Shown here: positions 56,118 to 64,000 of the stretch, piece by piece
Layout of the letters: the number at the start of each line of letters is the position of its first letter
Numbering within the stretch: position 1 is the stretch's first letter
DNA from: Guillardia theta CCMP2712
Lineage: Eukaryota > Protista > Cryptophyta
Assembly (NCBI RefSeq): GCF_000315625.1
Contig: NW_005434667.1
Coordinates: 214,598 to 278,597, forward strand
Reading direction: 5' to 3'
DNA length: 64,000 nt
Made by a program: the position numbers and the translations under genes
The notes under the pieces: model-generated
Seen by the model: the letters and a program-made list of their open reading frames with translations, nothing else
Told to the model about the DNA's origin: nothing
Databases searched by the model: none

Positions 56118-58039
56118 ATGAGGAGGATCGGGCACATCTCACTGTTGGTTCTTCTCCTCGTCGCCGCTGGTCGCTGTCAGGATGACCTGGCGGACTACCC
56201 GATTAAGGAGGAGCAATGCGAAAACTTCGGAGAGTGTCTCACGGAATGTGTCAAGAAGCTTCCTCCCAACAGACAGTTCACGGAGATTGTAAGCAAGCTT
56301 CATGCTGTCATGAGCTTGTCTCGATGCTAATCTATCAATGTGCAGTTGGACTGCTCTGATGCCTGTGCCGTAACGCACTGCAAGGAAGTGGTAGTTGATG
56401 ATCCTACTCTGGGCCTCGGATCTACCTCGGTAAGCACTCGAGCTGCGTGGGTTGAGATCATAACGTTTCTTATCCAGGCGCCCCCTCCTCCACCACCACC
56501 TCCCCCTCCTCCCGCTTCTTCGAGCAAGAAGAAGAAATCCTCCCCGCCACCTCCTCCCCCCCCTCCTCCACCCCGTTCAGCTCCCCCTCCCCCTCCCCCT
56601 CCCCCTCCCCCTCCCCCTCCCTCCCCTCCTCCTCCTCCCCCTGCCTCTACCCGAACATCATCCAAGAAGCCCCCATCGTTCGGAGGAAAGAAAGCCCCTC
56701 CGTCCTTCGGGTCAAACGCTCCCCCCAATCAGCAGTGGGGGGGTCAGGCTGGTGCCGCGTCAGTCCAGCCAGCTTTGGATGAAAACTTGCTTCCCGGGGG
56801 TGGACCCAACGAGATGCAGAAGACTTCTGTTGGAACAATGATGTTCAATCCCAAGGATATGCCTGTTGGTAGGAGTATCGACAAGTATGGGGAGTACGGA
56901 AGGGACGAGCTGGAACTTCTCAAGCAAGTCATTCGTAAGGGAGATGTGATCGTTGATGCTGGAAGTATGTATGGACATACTGCTCTGGGCCTCAGATCGG
57001 TGATGACTGCTCGCGTCTTTCGACTCTTTAACACAGAGCGTTGGTGTAGGTCGTGGGTGACGAAGGAGCGATTTACGCTTTTGAGCCTCAGCGCATTCTG
57101 CACCAGATTTTGTGCTCTAACTTTGCCATCAACGGAGCTTTCAACTGTCACTGCAGGCAAACAAAGTTGCGATGTATGCTTCCCCTTGACGGTCTGACGC
57201 AGACAAGAAGCGCTCGGACAGAAGGGAGGAGAGATTGTTGTGCCTGCCCTCGACATCGAGCAAGAGGGCTGCCATGGTGCGAATCTCCATCATGTTGTGT
57301 AGACCAGACCATGTCGACTCACTTGCTTCAGGGTGCACTGCACTTGATGCCGCGAATTATCTGGGCGAAACTGTGAAAATGACGACTGTTGATGACTTGT
57401 AAGTTACAAAGTTGAATGTCCTGACATTGAGAATGACGGCATGTGGCCACTACAGAAATTTGCCCAAGTTGAGGCTCCTCAAGGCTGATGTGGAGGGCAT
57501 GGAAATCGACATCGTGAAGGGAGCTGTGAAAACAATCCAGTACGCGTGAGCTTTCATTGCAGGATGAAGTTGTGATTTGTCATGCAGGATGTTCAAACCC
57601 GCCTTGTATGTTCGTGCTCATTACAACCCTGAGGACAACACGTGAGCTGATCCGCCTTGACACTCTTTTACTGACATCTCCATGTAGTCTGTCGCTCAAG
57701 ACCCAGGAGCTCGCCAGATTCATCAAGGTTTGCCTTCACCGTGGCGCTCTCGTAGCTGAGTTCTGTTCAGGGACTCAACTATGACATGTATTGGCACTTC
57801 GTCCGGCTCTACTACGTGAATGAAACGCATCGTGCTTGTCTTGTCGTTGATTTTTTCAACAGGAGGACAACTTCTACTCCAACGCCGAAAACGAATTCGG
57901 GGAAGACACGGTGACCTGAGTGACGGGAACTGCCGGTTTTTGTTGACTGAACCCGTAGGTCCTTTACATCCTCGCTGTTCCTCATGTGGAAGGATCGAGC
58001 ATTGAAGGCCTTGATCCCGTCGAAGTTCCTCCTCTCTAA
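56118..58039 (+). CDS. FkbM-family methyltransferase with signal peptide, small Cys-rich domain and poly-Pro linker
   Basis: MRRIGHISLLVLLLVAAG leader; GRSIDKYGEY, VIVDAGSMYG, IYAFEPQ, TTVDDL and LLKADVEGMEIDIVKGA. Spliced stop at 58037-58039. Confidence 0.85.
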
Positions 58040-58123
58040 ATACATTTCGAGCAAGTTAGCATCGGGAATGAAACTCTCAAGCGCTTCGCCCAGGAAGAGA
58101 TTAACTTCGTTTCTATGTACAAA

Positions 58124-59644
58124 TCAATCATCCATCTCATCACACATCTCCATGAACTCGATGGACCATTTCTTGTAGATCACCATCGCCTAAATGGTCG
58201 TCAGTTGACATGATATGCACACGCAACTATCAACCTTGGCAGCGAAAGCTTCTAAGTGGAAGATTGGCTTCGAACCAAGTTGCAGACGATGCTCGAAGAA
58301 GGCAGCATTCTGTAGGATATCTACCTTGACACTATCATCCAGCTTTCTCAGCAGCTCAAGCGCCAGCTTCTGCAAGATTAGCTCCGGTGGGATGCAGCTC
58401 GCCAGCAGCTCGTAAAATTGACCCCTGCACATTTATCAGCGCGAGCGCGACAAGTCGAAATGTTTCACACCTGATCTCCAGGAGCTTCTTAGGCGATTGA
58501 TCCTCAAGGATGTTGTGAGCGATCATTCCCACGTACACCTCCCAATCCGCTAATTGTGGTTGAGACTGAAAAGAGTCAGTCGCTTACTAGACGTTGAGCA
58601 GAGCGTGAGACACCGATTCATCGACCACTCCGAACTTGACGTAGGTTGACTCCAGCATCAACAAGGCTTTTCGAAGGTTTCGATTGGACATGTTTGATAT
58701 CTTCGTTGCCGCTTCGACCGGAAGCTCCTTCTTTACCTGCCGCGACCCCTGTGAGCAAGGAGCAGAAACACGCGATCCATCTAGTCACCTCCTTGCGGTA
58801 CACGTTGCATAAGATTTCTTCTACTTCTTTGTCGCGAGGCGCGGGGACTCTCAAACAAATGCATCTGCTTCTTAGCGGCTCGATGACCTGCGCATTCTCT
58901 TGAGATTGACGCTTCACAAAGAAATTGCTCACCTTGCTCGCATTGTTGCAGACCAGAACGAAACGACACGCGCTGGTGTACTTCTCCATCGTTCTTCTCA
59001 AGGCCGCTTGACCATCTCGAGACATCTTGTCAACTTCGTTGAGCAGAACAATCTAACATTGAAACTCAGGATCCAAGGATAGGAGTGACAAACGAGACCT
59101 TGAATTGCACGGCAGCTGAGTTTGAGGGTGCATGGCTCTGAGCTATCTCCTTGATCACTTCCTGGGCAACATCACGATCTCTGCACAAGAGGTCGTCACG
59201 TGAACTGGCTGCATCCCCCTCCTGATGTTCACCTGTAGGGCCCGACATCGCTGGGGTTGATCTCGACATGGTAGTTACTCGTGATGAAGGTGATGTCAAC
59301 AGAGCTCGACTTGAATTTGAAGTTCTTGATCTCCACCTGACGCATTGAAAGGTCATCAACCCCCAAGACTCCTTCCGCTTCTTGCAACCTTCAGTTTCTC
59401 TACACCAGGACCGTAAATCTAGATTGACATAGGGTCAGGCAGGTCTTCTTCGATCACCGAGTACCTCACGCAGCAGTGCCATGATTCTCGTCTTTTTGCC
59501 TGCACCAGGGGGGCCATAGAACAGTAAATGGCACATGTTCTGAACGTTTTCTTTCGCAGAGATTCGTTTCAGCTGTTGTGTCAGGCCATCGTTGTAAGTT
59601 AACTTGTCCAGCTGAACTGGTCGATATTTGTCGACCCACAACAT
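58124..59644 (-). CDS. RFC3: Replication factor C small subunit (human RFC3 / yeast Rfc5 type)
   Basis: MLWVDKYRP, HLLFYGPPGAGKKTRIMALLRE, QAALRRTMEKY, VIEPLRSRC, YELLASCIPPE and GSKPIFHLEAF. Confidence 0.95.
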
Positions 59645-59696
59645 CCTTGCTGCTAAGAATAGTTCAATCAGCACTCAAGAAACATGATGGTGGTAG

Positions 59697-60317
<621 letters not shown>

Positions 60318-60624
60318 TGACGAATGCAAGGGAGATAGCAGAGGAGGTGGGAGAAGCGTTTCGAAGTAGGTGGTGAGAGGCTGTGAGGGGCATGAATACT
60401 TGTTTCAGTGATCAATTTTTGGCTGATGAGTTAATCTGCAGATGTCAGAGAGTTTCTGAGGTCACAAGACTTTGAGAGCGATGTCAAGTTTCAATGACAC
60501 CTGACGGGGAGGAAGGGGCGATGCTTTCAAGCGCTTGACGAACGAGGAGTGACGAAAAAGAAGCAATGTCAACTGCCGAGCTCTTCTCTTGATATCACTT
60601 GATTGTCCTGTGCGAGCTGTGAGC

Positions 60625-62200
60625 ATGAAGTCAAACTTGATCGCACGTCGCTATCATGTTTGGCCCGGCAACAACATCTTCTGCTGCTATGGTATGATCG
60701 TGTCAGTATGCAACTAGATAGTGAGACAAGTCTGCAGGACGGGTCATGCTTGGTCCAGGAATCTATGCCTGCATCGGAACCTTGCTCCTTATTATTGTTC
60801 CTTCAACTCTCTTCTTCTCTAAAACGTTCCCATGTCTCTTTAGACGAATCCCCCATGACTTCACTTTACCGCAGTTGTCCCATCCTCCTCTCACATCAAG
60901 ACAGCGTGGCTCTGGTTGTCATCGCAGCCATCTTGTTGATTCTGCTGCTCTACTTCTTCTTCCGAACAGCAGTCTGTGATCCAGGTCCAAGCCCCTCATC
61001 CTCGTCCTTGCTCACGCCATCATCTCCAGGGATCATCCCGAGACGAGACGGATATCTGGATGCTCGCTTGCAGCGCCTCGTGCCCTCGTGAGCTTCATGC
61101 TGCAAGATTTCCTGAGTGACGATGTTGCTGTCAGGGCGCAAGGAGTTGTTGTCAACGGCAGGGTGATGACCCTCAAGTACTGTACTACCTGCAACATCTA
61201 CCGGCCGCCGAGGTGCTCACACTGCAAGGTGACGCGAGCCCTTGCGGGCTCCTCGCAACTCTCCCTCTCCTCCTGCCTCATCGGCCTCGCAGATCTGTGA
61301 CAACTGCGTCGACCGATTCGACCATCACTGTCCCTGGGTCGGGAACTGCATCGGGAGGCGGAACTACCGCTGGTTCTTGTTCTTTACTTTGGACTCTGCC
61401 ATCTACGCGTGAGAAGATGAAGAGAGGTGGGGATGTGCTCGCGTGTGCTTACTGGCTGCAGCATCTACCTCTTCGCCCTCTGCATCCGAGCTCTCTATCT
61501 CGCTGGGCTGGAAGCTGCTCCTTATGACGTCGTCTCCGCGTTCATCACTGGCGCATCCTCGAATCCATCGACGGTGAGAAGGACGAGACGAGAGGACGAG
61601 TTGTGATCACCTCGTAGGTCTCGATCGCCATCGTCTGCGTCCTCTCTTTGTTTTTCACAGGCGCACTCTCCGCCTTCCACATCTACCTGCTCTCCGCAAA
61701 CATCACAACCAACGAACATGTCGCTCCCAGTCTCCTGCTCCTTCCTTACTGACGCGGTTTCAATCTCAGATGAAGGGAGTTTTCGGAGACTCTGAAAGCT
61801 TCTACAACAAGGGGTTCTGTCGCTCCTCTCCTCCTCTCCTGCTTGCTGACCTCGCGACCTCAGGTGTCAGGAGAACTGGCTCGAAACCATCTTCGACCCC
61901 GTTCCAGAATCTCTTGTTGACGCAGCAGGCACGCTTGATCCCATCTTTGCCCCGCCCCTTGTTCGCGTTACAACAACCTCCTCTCCGGCCTCTCCTCCTC
62001 CATCCGCTGCATTCAACTATGAACTCTCCTCCTCCCAATCCCTCTCTCCTTATTCTCCTCTGTTTCCTTCATCCTCCTGCCACATCTCATCTCTGCTCGC
62101 AGAGAGTGTAGTCTGTGAAGACCAAGGAGCAGAAGGAAGCTCGATGCTTCCCCTGGCGCAGGCAGCGGTGAGAGAAGAGCTTCACCCGTGCGTCTGCTGA
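60625..62200 (+). CDS. DHHC palmitoyltransferase (ZDHHC9/14/18, Erf2-like)
   Basis: [14 protein letters not shown]|[24 protein letters not shown]|[26 protein letters not shown] and NITTNE. Confidence 0.93.
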
Positions 62201-62551
62201 TCTCGGTGACTGCAGGAGCTCAGGATGGTCACGACGACAGCAGGTTTCCTCTTCCCTCCACCTCCTTGAGTGAGCTGACCAGCCGTAGAACAAGCAGGCG
62301 GCGACCAGCCAGAGCCGTATGACAACCCTCTGCTCAACCGCCTGCCCAGGATGTGACAGTCCAGTGATGTGTTGCAAGAGCAGGGGGACAGATGGAGCTA
62401 GTCTCCTTTATTCGCTTCATTTCATCTTCTCCGCTCTCATCCTCTTCTCCCTTCTACGTTTAATAACATCGCTCAAAGAAACCCCCGCTGAGCTGGCGGC
62501 CACGTAGAGACTTCCAACCTGGAGATGCAAGTCAAATCACGTTGAGTGAGG

Positions 62552-63180
62552 TCAACGATCGCTATCACTGTCGCCAACGCCTGAAGCACAACCATGATCA
62601 TCTACAACAACACCATCGTCATCGGCACAGCATCCCACAGCAAACTTCCTTGCCGAAAGTAGTAGCTGGTGGCCGTGCGCTGCTAGCACCTCGACGAAAT
62701 GCCGTCGGCTCACAACCATCATGATGCAATCAGCGAGTCTGAGCCTCGAGGTGAGCCCGCGCAGTGAGAGCAGGAGGAGCAGGAGGAGCAGGAGGAGCAG
62801 GAGGAGCAGGAGGAGCTGGAGTACGAGATGCAGAAGAAGGCGGAGCTGACGAGTCCTGCCAGGTCGGTGAGCGATCATCTTGACCTCCTCACCCACCATG
62901 AATGCGAAGAGCGGCGAAGGTCTGCAGGAAAGACCCGAAGAAAACTAGACCCATAGCCACGAAGAGAAGGAGAGACGTCGGAATGGGAACCTGCAAGTGT
63001 CGACTGAGCGCAGACCCAGTGTGGCAAGGGGAACCGACGTAAGAGATCGTCCAGCTGACGACCACCATGGCGTTGAGTATGATGACCTGCAAGGCGTAAG
63101 AGCTCTCGTGCTCCCCTCCCTCTCACCTGCAGAGTTCCGCAGACGAGGATCCACCAGCGGATGCTCTGATCCTTGGCCAT
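62552..63180 (-). CDS. Small hypothetical membrane protein (spliced)
   Basis: MAKDQSIRWWILVCGTLQ|VIILNAMVVVSWTISY|VPIPTSLLFVAMGLVFFGSFLQTFAALRIHG; hydrophobic exons separated by short GT-AG introns. Confidence 0.5.
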
Positions 63181-63405
63181 GGCTGAAGCGACACACTGTC
63201 ACTGCTGACAAGCGAGGATCAAGTGACATGGACCTGAGCAGACGACGATGGAAAGAGCAGAGAGAGGGGCAGCAACGTCAAGATGGAAGGAAGAGCTCGG
63301 GCAGCTAAGCAATAAAATCGGCTAGAGCGAGGGCATGATGTCGGTAACGAAACCTCACAGAACCAGGTACCAAGTAAGAGGCAGGATAAGGTGAAGGTGC
63401 AGGTG

Positions 63406-63501
63406 TAGGAGCAGGAGCAGATGTAGGAGCAGGAGCAGGAGCAGGTGTAGGAGGAGCAGGAGCAGGAGAAATGTAGGAGCAGGAGCAGGAGCAGGTGTAG
63501 G

Positions 63502-63536
<35 letters not shown>

Positions 63537-63584
63537 ATATGTAGGAGCAGGAGCAGATGTAGGAGCAGGAGCAGGAGCAGATGT

Positions 63585-63662
<78 letters not shown>

Positions 63663-63677
63663 AGGAGCAGGAGCAGG
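63406..63677 (+). repeat. (GAGCAG)n hexamer array with GATGTAG/GGTGTAG variant interruptions
   Basis: Direct inspection. Confidence 0.92.
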
Positions 63678-64000
63678 AACTTGGTCCTCGATGTTCCGCC
63701 CGATTTGTTGCATCCCCGCTCAGGCCCAGCAGGGTAAATCCTATGCATCCTAAGTAGGTAGGGTGCTCATTGTACAGGGTACATGAGGAACAGAGGGGGT
63801 ATGTAATGATAAAAATAGGGTGAAAAGTCATACATTAACATGGTGGGTACTTTGGATTGAAGGGTAGGGGTATACCAAAATATTGACAGGGTAGGGTGGT
63901 ACTTGGAGAGAACGGGATGCACGCGCTCAGACGGGGATAGGAAGAGAAGGGGAGGAGAAGATGAGGAGAAGATGAAGATGAGAAGATGAAGGGAAGAGCA

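Noticed and set aside
63219-63831. PA-, L- and CS-repeat ORFs
   Set aside because: Translations of the (GAGCAG)n array.

Overview
This is a gene-dense eukaryotic nuclear window with one 100-N assembly gap at 5329-5428. Short GT-AG introns of about 42-55 nt, microsatellite-filled introns and signal-peptide+LRGG leaders suggest a cryptophyte-like alga, which is inference. About 17-18 genes were reconstructed by manually splicing the ORF fragments, in this order: VPS52(+), 5'-nucleotidase with EF-hands(-), HOL-type thiol/halide methyltransferase(+), coiled-coil TKL-like kinase(+), intronless SerC-SerA fusion(-), signal-peptide NDP kinase(+), Btk/CHORD-like + jacalin-like + Cys/His-repeat protein(-), hypothetical(+), PH protein(-), RING-H2 ligase(+), signal-peptide PDZ protein with a 3x168-bp repeat(-), a ~5,700-aa secreted multidomain adhesin-like protein(+), a single-domain 6TM voltage-gated cation channel with PH and EF-hand domains(-), secreted FkbM methyltransferase(+), RFC3(-), DHHC palmitoyltransferase(+) and a small membrane protein(-). 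The best candidates for novelty are the giant nested-domain surface protein (a ~16.4-kb exon broken by two -1 frameshifts), the PH-channel-EF fusion, the SerC-SerA fusion, ubiquitin-like LRGG motifs after signal peptides, and near-perfect strand alternation of genes. No rRNA, tRNA, CRISPR or transposase was recognised. Exon boundaries are manual and approximate.
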